Positions 37,701 through 46,490 of a stretch of 64,000 bases of DNA are shown here, in pieces; within the stretch, counting starts at the first letter, position 1; each line of letters starts with the position of its first letter. The DNA lies in the IMG/VR virus record IMGVR_UViG_3300017752_000004, positions 9,135-73,134 of that record; one strand, given 5' to 3'. The DNA comes from a virus. The translations under genes were made by a program, and so were the position numbers. The notes beneath the pieces are model-generated. The model worked only from the letters and a program-made list of their open reading frames with translations, ran no database searches and was not told the origin of the DNA.

Positions 37701-40041
37701 AAGATAATAAAGAGCTGACCGCTGTTTCAAAAATAGTTCCAGACAAAGCTGATATTGCTCCAGAATTTGCTAATTTTAAAATTTTATCTGCTTTAGGTGG
37801 GCCGCCCATTAGTTTTGCCTGTTGATTTGCTAAACCCAATGCAAATTTTCTAGTAGATTGATCTAACTGCTCGTCATTTTTAACCCTAGAATCAACACCA
37901 GGCTCATAGCCAACCAGATCAAAAGCTACTTTCTTGCCTTTTCTGATTCCTTGTATTTGTTGCTTAGGCCCCAAAACTTGTGGAACTACCATAGCAAAAC
38001 GAGGATTGTATATAAGTTTTTGAGAAGATTTTTGTTTTTCTCTTTTTTCTAATTCTGATTTAGCTGCAAGAGCTTCTGGACCCCGACCCTTTGCTATACC
38101 CCTCAACCTTTCCAAGCTTCTTGGTGCAGCAAAATTCGGAATAAACCCACCAGCAGCATTCAACTTCTTAGCTCCAGCAGGAAGACCCATAGTCTTAACC
38201 ATATCCTGATTAAATATAGCATCTCCACCTCCAGCGTAATTTGGCACAACGTATTCGCTGGTATTAGCAACCATCGTCCCGCGCTTGCCGCCACCAAAAG
38301 CAAAATTAGGAATTGAAACAACCTTAGCGCTGGACGGTGCGCCACCCACCCCGCGAGAAACATCATTGGCTTCTGCAGCTATGTATCCACCAGCAGCTCT
38401 TTTCCCCTTCGGAGCAACGCCCTCAGATCCTCCCCTTAGCCCAGCGCCAAACAATCCAGGAGTCACTACTGCTGCAGCTTTTTGAACTCTAGCTAAAGCG
38501 GCAGCTTGTTGATTATAAATTTTTAAAAGTAATTGTTCTTGGGCAACCTTATTACCCTCAAGAGCTAAAATCTCTCTTTGGATACTTTCGTTTTGAAAAA
38601 GAGTCTGCAAAACAGATTGTTGCAAAGCATTCTGTTGCTGCACTGACTTATTAATACCAAGCAAACTAGCCAGAGAAGATGCGCCAAATTTAGCTAAGTC
38701 TACAAATAGTTTTATAAATATACCGCCAATAAGAGCCAGACCAGGTACTGTTAAAACCCCACCGATTCCCCTAACTATGCCTTGGGCAAACTTAGCACCA
38801 AGAGATTCTCCTTGTAAAAGGTCAGTGATTCCGTTGACAACAGAACTAAAAAATTCCAGTATATCCCCTACTTTGTCTGTAAAACCAAGTTCACCCAAAA
38901 CGGACGCTAACTTTTGCCCACCTACAACCAAGTTATTTATTAAGGCTTCCAGGGTTTGATTGAGTGAGCTGTTTTTCGAATCCAATGCTCCAGCAGCGGT
39001 CGCTGAAGTTTGTAAAGCTTTTGTAAATTGGCTTTGGTTTGAATTTAAATCCTCAACCAAACTAATTAAAATATCTCTCTGGCGAACACCAGCGACCTTT
39101 TGAATAATATCCCCAGCCTCAACGCTTTTTAATCCAAGCTTGTTTAGTTCTACAGCTAACTCTTGGAACAGTGGGATAGCTGATTTAACATTGCCCTGAG
39201 CATCCAAAACATTAATACCTAGGTCTTCTAGTGCAACCAGAGTATCTGTCCTACCTAGTCTAGCAAAAATTGTTTTAAACGCATTACCAATAACAGCGCC
39301 ACCACGTTGAGTTCTTTCCTGTACCGTCGTAACAACAGCCAAAAGCTCGTCAAAGGAAACACCAGCTACACGAGCAGATGCCGACGCTCGCTCAAGACCA
39401 TTAATTAAATCTTCAGTAGATACAGCAAATTTTGTATCAACTTCCGATAGCTTGTCGCCAATAGCGGCAACGGTTAAGCCAGCACCTTCGAAACCCTTGA
39501 TAGCTGCAGTTAAACCAGCGACCGCTTGCTCTGAGCTAACCCCAGCGACACGAACAAGCTTCAAGGCTGTCTCTACTCTAGAAAGAGATTCTTCGACACT
39601 CAAGCCTTGACGAGCTAATTCAAGAGCGCCCTCAGCCACATCATCGAATGACGTGGCCGTTTTCTGGGCTACAGCAAAAATGCCATTACCAAATTGCTGT
39701 AATTGTTTTTCAGTGCCGCCAAGAATGGTGTTGATTTTAGCAAAGGTAGCTTCTACTTTAATTGTGTTTGCAACAAGAGCGCCAAATGCTTGAGAAAGCT
39801 TGTTTATGACAGCCACAGAAGCGCCGAAAGCCAAAACACGAGCATTGGAAGCTTCCAAAGATTTTTGGAATTCTGTAGCCTGCCCTGTTATCTTTCCCAA
39901 TGGCCGCGATAGTTTTTCGAGCGATCTGGCTCCACCGCCAAAATCAACACCTTTAGCCTTGGATTGTATTCTAGCCAATGCCGCATCGACCTTGGAAGTC
40001 ACTACTGGATCAAACTCTACTGGTATTCTTGCCTTTGCCAT
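34780..40041 (-). CDS. Tail tape measure protein (TP901-type core)
   Basis: 1753 aa, ELARQG, GNAFKTIFARL, C-terminal FANGG...DTIPAMLTPGEFV. Confidence 0.9.
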   Translation of the reverse strand: MAKARIPVEFDPVVTSKVDAALARIQSKAKGVDFGGGARSLEKLSRPLGKITGQATEFQKSLEASNARVLAFGASVAVINKLSQAFGALVANTIKVEATFAKINTILGGTEKQLQQFGNGIFAVAQKTATSFDDVAEGALELARQGLSVEESLSRVETALKLVRVAGVSSEQAVAGLTAAIKGFEGAGLTVAAIGDKLSEVDTKFAVSTEDLINGLERASASARVAGVSFDELLAVVTTVQERTQRGGAVIGNAFKTIFARLGRTDTLVALEDLGINVLDAQGNVKSAIPLFQELAVELNKLGLKSVEAGDIIQKVAGVRQRDILISLVEDLNSNQSQFTKALQTSATAAGALDSKNSSLNQTLEALINNLVVGGQKLASVLGELGFTDKVGDILEFFSSVVNGITDLLQGESLGAKFAQGIVRGIGGVLTVPGLALIGGIFIKLFVDLAKFGASSLASLLGINKSVQQQNALQQSVLQTLFQNESIQREILALEGNKVAQEQLLLKIYNQQAAALARVQKAAAVVTPGLFGAGLRGGSEGVAPKGKRAAGGYIAAEANDVSRGVGGAPSSAKVVSIPNFAFGGGKRGTMVANTSEYVVPNYAGGGDAIFNQDMVKTMGLPAGAKKLNAAGGFIPNFAAPRSLERLRGIAKGRGPEALAAKSELEKREKQKSSQKLIYNPRFAMVVPQVLGPKQQIQGIRKGKKVAFDLVGYEPGVDSRVKNDEQLDQSTRKFALGLANQQAKLMGGPPKADKILKLANSGAISALSGTIFETAVSSLLSSKDFDSRSEIAAFDFSGSNANSQLKKLFPQLGKATQIEAKIRLSPDSKKSMFDKVLKDTGNAAGGYIPNFAGGALDEAVAREQAAGLPINQIRINQSGKLRNSQNPMGLAVTNTRDEPTGAIPNFASGGRSTPATPGGSSDGGLGGGILAASTGLYFLSSAFSTAEGGIGKFISEIAFAASALTSLTLLKGPVEKIGAKLSSFGVELATYRSPKTGNPMKYSEGKLVGAKGKLGRGIAGVGGALPGIGTAVAIGTVLAPLVLELTKTKTGFEKLNEELKNIDLGELSSGSKEASSALRSAFVADLKAAQKQAELKEKLGIEEDKKKSIEDLLEEQLGGLTGINKGFFGGIKDKSTLSASLAKVGDKNALQDIVNASQKDVKIRTGTGIQIKTETVKQFDADLFAENMIKAIDLIDAAAEKAADTALKVAAGFGEGAFTGGKAKKDFKDRLGQGRFAAGGFDTTKQLESTKTGQIETIFQSGALSEIRNKELDLAEAATTIRKVGLENEIALKKFLVEKAKEEFRITEDYVKSIRDATIFSEEQKEFIEGQVEAGSSLLLIEKGLVEAGIELTKDAKIDFDLAVEKALIQEKILDNKLEEVKLQQKINDLSKPQGFGGGIRKGLGNLENDIAFFRDELGENIPAQFSSNLGSALQEAVSQAKTLDEALSDAGRNFLGFIKDAFLQQAADQATSALFGSSEGKGGLFGGGSAESDGGILGGVKSLFGGKSGAASPDGTAGNPIYTVSSASATNPVDALAGEGKGEGIFSKLKDTLMESFRGLKTTFGDLFGKLKDGLGTIFKGLTTNLGSFFSGDSGGGGGIGGIAKMALSAFGFGFANGGPVGFANGGSVGPTDTIPAMLTPGEFVMKKSAVEKYGSGFLSSINEGVMPMRGFQNGGVVSPVSVEAGTASNSASQVTNTSDFTFNIQGGKAEQAGEKGDDDQQRDFAQKVKAAVTTVVQEESRTGGTLNYLYKK

Positions 40042-40055
40042 ACAAAGTATTACAC

Positions 40056-41027
40056 TTAAACTCCGTGCAATTCCATCATTTCTTTCATGTTCATTGAGCC
40101 TCCTCTTTTCTTAATTTCCTCCGATAAGTCCACGGCGTCTTCATTTTCAGACCTCAGCATTTCTATATCTTTTTCGTCTGCACCGAAATAGGTAGATGCC
40201 CCTTCACCGCTTTTAGTCTTACTGTTTGAGTCTTCTTTCTGATTTTGATAAAACCCAATCAAAAGCTCTGGGTCTCTCGCAACGTTTTCAGGTATCTTCT
40301 TGTTGCAATTTTTAAATATATTTAGAAAGTACCTTCCGTACGATATTAGTTTTAATTGATAGTTAGTAAGCTCCTTAAGAGGCTTACCAAAAACACCAAT
40401 CACGTCTTCGCAAAAAGGTAAATACATAGAAAAGTAATCGCTTAGCACGGCCCTAGAAATACTATCGTCACTAAATTTTTCAAAAAACTCTTTTTGGAGT
40501 CTATATATCTCAACCTCTTTAAAGGGTTCGTTTATATATAAATCTTCGAAAACCTTTTCTGTATACCCCTGATCATAATATAGTATATCATTTATAATAG
40601 ATTTTTGGATATGAGAGTCTACATACTTTTCAATAGTCAAACCAAGTATCTGTTTTTTTTCTGATTGTAAATGGGCAAGTTTTTCCCTCTTAATCTCTAA
40701 TTTTTCTTGAGCCTGCTTCTTTTTTGAAGGTAGTATTATTTGAGATATTATTTTAAACAAGCTGTCTATCTCTTCTTCATAAGTTTTTATTTCTTCTTCC
40801 TCTTCTTTGCTCCACATGTCTTGCTCGAAAAGATTCAGTAGAACTTCTTCTTCTGACTGTAAGCCTTTCTTTTTAGCTTCCTGCTCGTACACTTTCTTTT
40901 TAGATAGTATGGCCCTCTGCTCGTTTTGAGATAGATGCTTAAAGTATAAAACACCAAAGGTACTACTAGTGACAGTAGTACCTTGTAATATTTCAGAAAT
41001 AATTTCTAAATTTTTATCGTTATCCAT
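40056..41027 (-). CDS. Probable tail assembly chaperone
   Basis: Acidic helical protein directly upstream of the tape measure; positional inference. Confidence 0.45.
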   Translation of the reverse strand: MDNDKNLEIISEILQGTTVTSSTFGVLYFKHLSQNEQRAILSKKKVYEQEAKKKGLQSEEEVLLNLFEQDMWSKEEEEEIKTYEEEIDSLFKIISQIILPSKKKQAQEKLEIKREKLAHLQSEKKQILGLTIEKYVDSHIQKSIINDILYYDQGYTEKVFEDLYINEPFKEVEIYRLQKEFFEKFSDDSISRAVLSDYFSMYLPFCEDVIGVFGKPLKELTNYQLKLISYGRYFLNIFKNCNKKIPENVARDPELLIGFYQNQKEDSNSKTKSGEGASTYFGADEKDIEMLRSENEDAVDLSEEIKKRGGSMNMKEMMELHGV

Positions 41028-41754
41028 CGTCTTCGATGAATTTCTCTATATCTTCCTTGGTGGACTCTTGAGCGTAAAACCAATAACCAATGATCTTGGA
41101 AACTTTAGAGACGACGTCGAAGTCAAAACCTTCATTTAATTCGTACTTATCGTAAAAATCTTCAAGCTGCTCCTCAAAATCCATACCTTCAAAAAAGCTT
41201 ACGAGCCCCCTGTCTTTGTCTTCCTGCTTTGTCAGGTTGATGACATACCACATCAACGTAGACCTTTCTGCCTTAGCGTCTGCGGTATGCTGATAAACGG
41301 ATTGCAAGGAAGACTCTAGAGCCTGCAAATCTCTCTTTAGCAAAATAATCTCTGCTTCGAGTTCTTTAGACCTACTTTTGTTTGCTTTGTCCTTTGTGCT
41401 GGTGGCGATTAATTTGTACTCGTTTTCTAGCTCATTCAGCTTCTTAAGGGATCTTAAAAGCTCTCTCGATTCATCTTCGGTCAAAGCTCCGCCGTTGTCT
41501 GCATACTTCTTAATAAGCATCGCTTTTGTCACGATGCCCATTTTAATAGCCTTACTAAGTTGTATAGAGTAGTGGACTTCGGCGTCGTCAGCCATTCTCC
41601 TTGTTGGTTTTTGGACCACAATTTTTACTGGAGATTTTACTGTCTTATTAGACAGGACTGTCTCTAGTTCGCCAGCTTTATTTTTTCTTTGAGTTTCGAC
41701 CTGTTTTACTTCAGGTTTCTCAATCGTGAATTCGTAAATAGTTTCCTTAGCCAT
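41020..41754 (-). CDS. Probable tail assembly chaperone
   Basis: Coiled-coil protein overlapping the next gene by 8 nt; positional inference. Confidence 0.45.
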   Translation of the reverse strand: MAKETIYEFTIEKPEVKQVETQRKNKAGELETVLSNKTVKSPVKIVVQKPTRRMADDAEVHYSIQLSKAIKMGIVTKAMLIKKYADNGGALTEDESRELLRSLKKLNELENEYKLIATSTKDKANKSRSKELEAEIILLKRDLQALESSLQSVYQHTADAKAERSTLMWYVINLTKQEDKDRGLVSFFEGMDFEEQLEDFYDKYELNEGFDFDVVSKVSKIIGYWFYAQESTKEDIEKFIEDDG

Positions 41755-41757
41755 ATT

Positions 41758-42048
41758 TTATTGTTTAAATCTAAATTCTACCGTTAGATTATCTAACTCA
41801 CTATTATAATCCCGCAAAACGGAATTTCCAATATCTAGAATTTTTTTTCTATACAATTCATAATGCTCTTGGTCGAAATAATCTGCCATTTCGATTATTG
41901 GGTGATTTTCTGCAGGCAGGTTATCGTAAAGTTTGGCGAAATTAATTTCGTGAATTGACTGCATTTCCTCTAAGGTCTGTAAAAAATATTTAAACAGAAA
42001 CCTGATATGATGATCTGACCGATCATTTAAAAACTCTTTTGCAATCAT
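41758..42048 (-). CDS. Hypothetical protein
   Basis: 96-aa ORF, first gene of the leftward tail operon. Confidence 0.6.
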   Translation of the reverse strand: MIAKEFLNDRSDHHIRFLFKYFLQTLEEMQSIHEINFAKLYDNLPAENHPIIEMADYFDQEHYELYRKKILDIGNSVLRDYNSELDNLTVEFRFKQ

Positions 42049-42071
42049 AATAATCCTTACCTATGATATGC

Positions 42072-42093
42072 TTTACACTAAAAATAGTGTAAA
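42072..42093. promoter_or_regulatory. Palindromic back-to-back GTGTAA elements at the strand switch
   Basis: TTTACACTA-AAAA-TAGTGTAAA between divergent operons. Confidence 0.7.
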
Positions 42094-42100
42094 AAGAGAT

Positions 42101-42559
42101 ATGGCCATCTCTCTAATATCAGACTCACAAAAAAACACAATCAAAGCTATAATAGATGATATCCACGAAACCTTTGCCAGAAATATCACAGTATACGAAG
42201 AGGGCGAAAAAATCTTAATCGCCGCTAGTCCCGAATTTAATGGAATTTACAGCAGAACTTCGAGCGGCCAGAAAACCACGAGCAAGGTGATCGTATCCCA
42301 CACGCTTAATGTAAGAATTAAATATATCAACGCGAAAGAGCAAGGGGTCTCAGATTCAAAAATAAGAAGCCAGTTAGGCGTAGACCTAATAGCTGGGTCA
42401 GTAAGAATCACTGTAGATTTAGCTGGATTTGAAATAATGAAAAAAGCAAAAAGCTGCGAGTTTGAAGGAAGAAAATATACAATAAATAGCAAAGGCAACC
42501 CAACTGGAATGTTTGGCCCTCAATACTATCAGTTTTACCTATCCCCGATTGAAGATTAA
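42101..42559 (+). CDS. Probable head-closure/neck protein
   Basis: beta-rich, CEFEGRKY motif, position before tail completion genes; ATG 42101 is 8 nt after GTGTAA. Confidence 0.5.
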   Translation: MAISLISDSQKNTIKAIIDDIHETFARNITVYEEGEKILIAASPEFNGIYSRTSSGQKTTSKVIVSHTLNVRIKYINAKEQGVSDSKIRSQLGVDLIAGSVRITVDLAGFEIMKKAKSCEFEGRKYTINSKGNPTGMFGPQYYQFYLSPIED

Positions 42560-43143
42560 TGGCTTTAGATCCTAATATAATAAATAGCCTAACAAAACAA
42601 ATCCCGAGCCTGGCTAGGCCACAAGCTGATAAGCGGTTTAGGGCGGCATTCCAAAGAGTTAAAAACGAAATGATTGCGGAATTTCTCAATCATCCAGTCA
42701 CCATAGAAATAAAAGGGGGGATTGAGGCTAAAAATTTAAGCGGTACATTGGACAATATCACAAATCTTTTTTCGTTTATAGGGTTCGACAGTGCGTCTGA
42801 CCCGACAGGCGACATAGAAAGTATGCTGTACAAAACAGAGTTCAAGTTTGATAGGTACACGAACAAATCAATAGAATACTCTGTGTATATGCCAGACGCG
42901 AAGGAGATTTTTGCGGCAACCCCCATGCCTTGGGCCTCTGGAAGAAGCTGGGCGAAAGGGATTGAAACAGGAATCTCTGGTTTGGGCTACTACCTAAAAG
43001 TAGATAGAGAAAACAGTAGATCTGGATTAGGCATTCAATCGTCACGCAAAACAAGAAAAAAAGGTGTAAAGTTTAATAACATATCCTACATATCTGCATT
43101 AATAAAAAAATATAAAATTAAATTTCAAAATCTAGAAATATGA
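42559..43143 (+). CDS. Probable neck protein
   Basis: TAATG-coupled, in the head-tail joining cluster. Confidence 0.45.
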   Translation: MALDPNIINSLTKQIPSLARPQADKRFRAAFQRVKNEMIAEFLNHPVTIEIKGGIEAKNLSGTLDNITNLFSFIGFDSASDPTGDIESMLYKTEFKFDRYTNKSIEYSVYMPDAKEIFAATPMPWASGRSWAKGIETGISGLGYYLKVDRENSRSGLGIQSSRKTRKKGVKFNNISYISALIKKYKIKFQNLEI

Positions 43144-43988
43144 AAGCCCAATACCAACACGAATTAATGACCAGTTTTTTGCTTTGGTTCGACAATCAAT
43201 TGCTGCAAAAGGGCGAAGCATACTCTAACCAAACTGGTGTACTTTGTTATTCTGAAGATTCAAGACTGCCAACCTCTTTTAAATCTTATTCAAGCTCGTA
43301 CAAACAATGGGTAACGGATTCTTCAGTCACTGGCGACATCAACCCAATCATCCCAACTTCGTTTAACGGTTTCGATAGATCAGACGACCTTGTTTTTGAT
43401 TTTGAAAATGGAAGAGTTGTCGAAACTGGGGGCAACTTTCAACCAGATCAAGTTTTAACTGGGACATTTGCTGTTAAAGATTTTAATGTATACTTCACTA
43501 ACGAAACAGAAGAAGACCTTGTTCTTGAAAATGCATTCGAATTAAACAGTAGGTATGGAGAATCTCTAAGCGGCATTGCCCCTTACGATCAGGTAGTGCC
43601 AGCCGTCTTTTTGAATTGCGAGTACATGAGAAACCAGGGCTTTGCTTTTGGAGGAGAAGACAAGACAACAAATACCGTCAAAGGCGTAGTCTTCGCAGAG
43701 AATTCTTATCAGCTAGATGGAGTTTTATCAATTTTCGCCGATTCGGCGCGTAAGGTCATAGCCAAAATACCATTCTCAGAATACCCATCCACAGAGTATG
43801 GAGACCTAAAAGGAGGATCATACAGCTACACAGATCTTTCTAACACCTATTTAGATACCAATCCTTATTACATTGAGGACGTTACGGTGTCTAAATTTTC
43901 AGAAAAAACAACCTCAAAAACACCCAAGGGCTTGAAAATAGGCTTCATAGACTTCGAAGTCTGTACAAGTAGATTTCCCCGCTCTTAA
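43140..43988 (+). CDS. Probable tail terminator/completion protein
   Basis: PAVFL, immediately before the major tail protein. Confidence 0.45.
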   Translation: MKAQYQHELMTSFLLWFDNQLLQKGEAYSNQTGVLCYSEDSRLPTSFKSYSSSYKQWVTDSSVTGDINPIIPTSFNGFDRSDDLVFDFENGRVVETGGNFQPDQVLTGTFAVKDFNVYFTNETEEDLVLENAFELNSRYGESLSGIAPYDQVVPAVFLNCEYMRNQGFAFGGEDKTTNTVKGVVFAENSYQLDGVLSIFADSARKVIAKIPFSEYPSTEYGDLKGGSYSYTDLSNTYLDTNPYYIEDVTVSKFSEKTTSKTPKGLKIGFIDFEVCTSRFPRS

Positions 43989-44031
43989 TTTCACATTCAA
44001 ACCTTTTAACTGTAAACAATATTAAAATATC

Positions 44032-45162
44032 ATGGCTAAAAATAGAGTTATTTATCAATCCGACGCGCTGTTCGCCAGCCAAACAGTAAATTCTACTGGA
44101 AGCAACGAACACGCCCAACTTCGCAGAGTACAATCTGCTAATTATTCATTCAATATCACACGACAAGATATTAACCAATTTGGTCAGCTTTCAAGAATTG
44201 AGTCTATCATTCTTGAGTCACCCACAGTGTCGTTCGATACATCTTATTATCTTGGAGACGGCTACAACGAACAAGGTCTCGCATTCAAAAATGGTTCTAA
44301 CTTTGATGCTGGTTTTGTTTCTGGCCAAATCTCTTCAACAAGCGGTCAGAATCTTTATATTTTGACAGCCCCAGAAGGCGTAGATGCTAATTTCAACACG
44401 ACGTCCAGCAACTACAGCACAATCGGCATAGGTAATGCGTTTCTAACAGACTACTCCCTTGAAGCGTCTGTAGGTGGCATCCCAACCGTTAGTGTTTCTC
44501 TTGAAGGCACAAACATGAACGCCACTGCCGATATCTCTGGTTCTTCAGCTGGTTTCTCTGGAATCTCTGGTGCTGGTATTGACCCAGAAGCAGGAACAGT
44601 TCTCCCGTCTCAAAGTTCTGGTGTAAGATTCCCAGCAGCTTCTGAAGGTACTGGAGCAGCTATCCCTTCTGCTCTTCGCCCAGGAGATATTAGCCTATCT
44701 TTTGCAAATGCAGATAACAGCACTATTGTTAATCTAGATGGCGCAGGTAGCGCTCACGTACAAAGTATTTCAATGAGCATCCCTCTTGGAAGAACGCCGA
44801 TTGACAGACTTGGAACTCGTTTCTCGTTTGCTCGTGTCGTTGATTTTCCAATCACACCGACCATCTCCGTTTCTGCTATTGTTTCTGAGACTCAAACTAG
44901 AGCTTTGACTGACATCATTAATAATGATGCATTTATCTCTGACCTTCAGTTCACATTCAAAGATTCAAATAGTGTCCCTAGAGCATCTTATAAAATGACA
45001 AATCTTAAGCTTGATAGCGAATCATTTAGTTCGAGCATCGGTCCAAATAAGACTGTTGATCTTTCGTTCTCGCTTTCAGTTGGTGGACCAGCCGATACCG
45101 TTAATAACATCTTCTTCTCTGGATCAAACACTAGCACAGTTCTTGGTAACCCTGCTTCTTAA
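44032..45162 (+). CDS. Major tail tube protein
   Basis: Ser/Thr/Gly-rich beta protein, own upstream CTGTAAA element and a strong terminator; two paralogs in the window. Confidence 0.65.
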   Translation: MAKNRVIYQSDALFASQTVNSTGSNEHAQLRRVQSANYSFNITRQDINQFGQLSRIESIILESPTVSFDTSYYLGDGYNEQGLAFKNGSNFDAGFVSGQISSTSGQNLYILTAPEGVDANFNTTSSNYSTIGIGNAFLTDYSLEASVGGIPTVSVSLEGTNMNATADISGSSAGFSGISGAGIDPEAGTVLPSQSSGVRFPAASEGTGAAIPSALRPGDISLSFANADNSTIVNLDGAGSAHVQSISMSIPLGRTPIDRLGTRFSFARVVDFPITPTISVSAIVSETQTRALTDIINNDAFISDLQFTFKDSNSVPRASYKMTNLKLDSESFSSSIGPNKTVDLSFSLSVGGPADTVNNIFFSGSNTSTVLGNPAS

Positions 45163-45223
45163 GAATAGTTGGTATAATTTCGGGGTGGAGCTAACGCTAA
45201 GAAGCCCCTATATTTAAAACTAA

Positions 45224-45250
45224 TCCCGTCGAATTCGACGGGGTTTTTTT
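45224..45250 (+). terminator. Intrinsic terminator
   Basis: CCCGTCG-AATT-CGACGGG followed by G and T7. Confidence 0.8.
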
Positions 45251-45314
45251 ATGCCCACAAAAAAGCGCAACCCCTTTCGAGGTCACGCTATCAGAGTTAG
45301 GCTCTGAGGTAAAT

Positions 45315-45758
45315 CTACAAAGATTCAATACCGCCAACCTGCCTTGGGCCAGCCTGGAAACTATTGTAATTAGCAGCTAAGTCCTGCAGCTCGTTGTAGG
45401 CATCTTGAGCAAGAGTTTTGTATACTTTGGACACTTCGTTCTTATTGATAAAGGTAATAGAGTTGTCGCCATCCTTAACGCTTAGAATATTGCCGTTTGT
45501 ATCGTTAGCGATACCACGAATAGTGCTGCGTGTCTGCTTTGTATAATAATGATACAAATACATCTGCTTGTATACGGATTGTTCTTCTAGGTAAAGGCCA
45601 GAAACATCCCCACTTACTCCAGAAAAACTAGTGTATAACACATTATTGAGTTGGCCTATATTGCTATCTAGCCACCCAGAAATAGATTCAACTGTTACTC
45701 CAGTCGAATCAAATTCGTTTATATATATAGAAGTTGCTAAATTGCCGATATTACTCAT
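45315..45758 (-). CDS. Probable head-tail adaptor
   Basis: 147 aa, helical with a short beta hairpin, downstream of the capsid genes; GTGTAA upstream. Confidence 0.45.
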   Translation of the reverse strand: MSNIGNLATSIYINEFDSTGVTVESISGWLDSNIGQLNNVLYTSFSGVSGDVSGLYLEEQSVYKQMYLYHYYTKQTRSTIRGIANDTNGNILSVKDGDNSITFINKNEVSKVYKTLAQDAYNELQDLAANYNSFQAGPRQVGGIESL

Positions 45759-45779
45759 TATAGTATATTACACTAAAAA

Positions 45780-46397
45780 CTACCCACGTTTTAAATACTC
45801 CTGCCTTAGCGCTGAGATTAATCTGATTCTGTCGAAACTAGGAGTAAAGCCCAACTTCATTGCCATTTCCTGAAGCTCCGAAAGGGTTTTTCTTTTTAGC
45901 TTGCCTTCAAACTTTTCCACAGAATCCGATGCAAGTACATTGATCCTAGCTTCAGTTTGGCTGCCCATAGAACTCCAATTACCACCTCTCCACTGATTGA
46001 AAGCTGTGATTAAGGCTTTGTCCTGCGCTTCTGCATCTGCAAAAACTCTCGTACCTGTCCTTTCTGCTAGTCTGGCTTTTTTAACATGACCCATAGACTC
46101 TAGCTTTCTTTTAAAAACCCTAGGATTGCCCGTACCAAATGGGGAAATAACGTCTGCTCCCATAAGCTTTTCTTTAGCTTCTATTGCATCAACATCATCC
46201 CTTTCCTTGCCGTCAGCATATTCCAAATCAGAAATGTTTGGTTTTTTAACTTCTGACGCACGGGTTTCCTGGCTCACCTCTTCTTCTATTAGCTCTAATT
46301 CATTGCCCTCTCCGCAGCTAACTTCATTATTCACAATAGCGGTTGCAACGTAATCTGTAATTTGCTTTTCCTCAGTATCTTTATTTAATTCGTCCAT
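45780..46397 (-). CDS. Hypothetical head-associated protein
   Basis: 205 aa after the capsid gene; C-terminal LSELQEMAMKLG...LISAL resembles a Rho-N/HeH motif. Confidence 0.5.
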   Translation of the reverse strand: MDELNKDTEEKQITDYVATAIVNNEVSCGEGNELELIEEEVSQETRASEVKKPNISDLEYADGKERDDVDAIEAKEKLMGADVISPFGTGNPRVFKRKLESMGHVKKARLAERTGTRVFADAEAQDKALITAFNQWRGGNWSSMGSQTEARINVLASDSVEKFEGKLKRKTLSELQEMAMKLGFTPSFDRIRLISALRQEYLKRG

Positions 46398-46435
46398 ATG
46401 TGTTATATATTAAAATAAACAATACAAAATTAAAC

Positions 46436-46474
46436 AAAAAAAGCCGCCCCAAATAAATGGGACGGCTTCCTTTT
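46436..46474 (-). terminator. Intrinsic terminator after the major capsid gene
   Basis: AAGCCGTCCCA...TGGGGCGGCTT followed by a T-run on the minus strand. Confidence 0.7.
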
Positions 46475-46490
46475 AAGGGTTTAATCTGAA

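Noticed and set aside
41020-41060. Programmed -1 frameshift joining the two tail chaperone ORFs
   Set aside because: No XXXYYYZ slippery heptamer near the first stop, and the second ORF has its own overlapping ATG.
45163-45222. GGGG...CCCC hairpin after the tail tube gene as an ncRNA
   Set aside because: The stem is too short, and it lies within the 3' UTR before the terminator.
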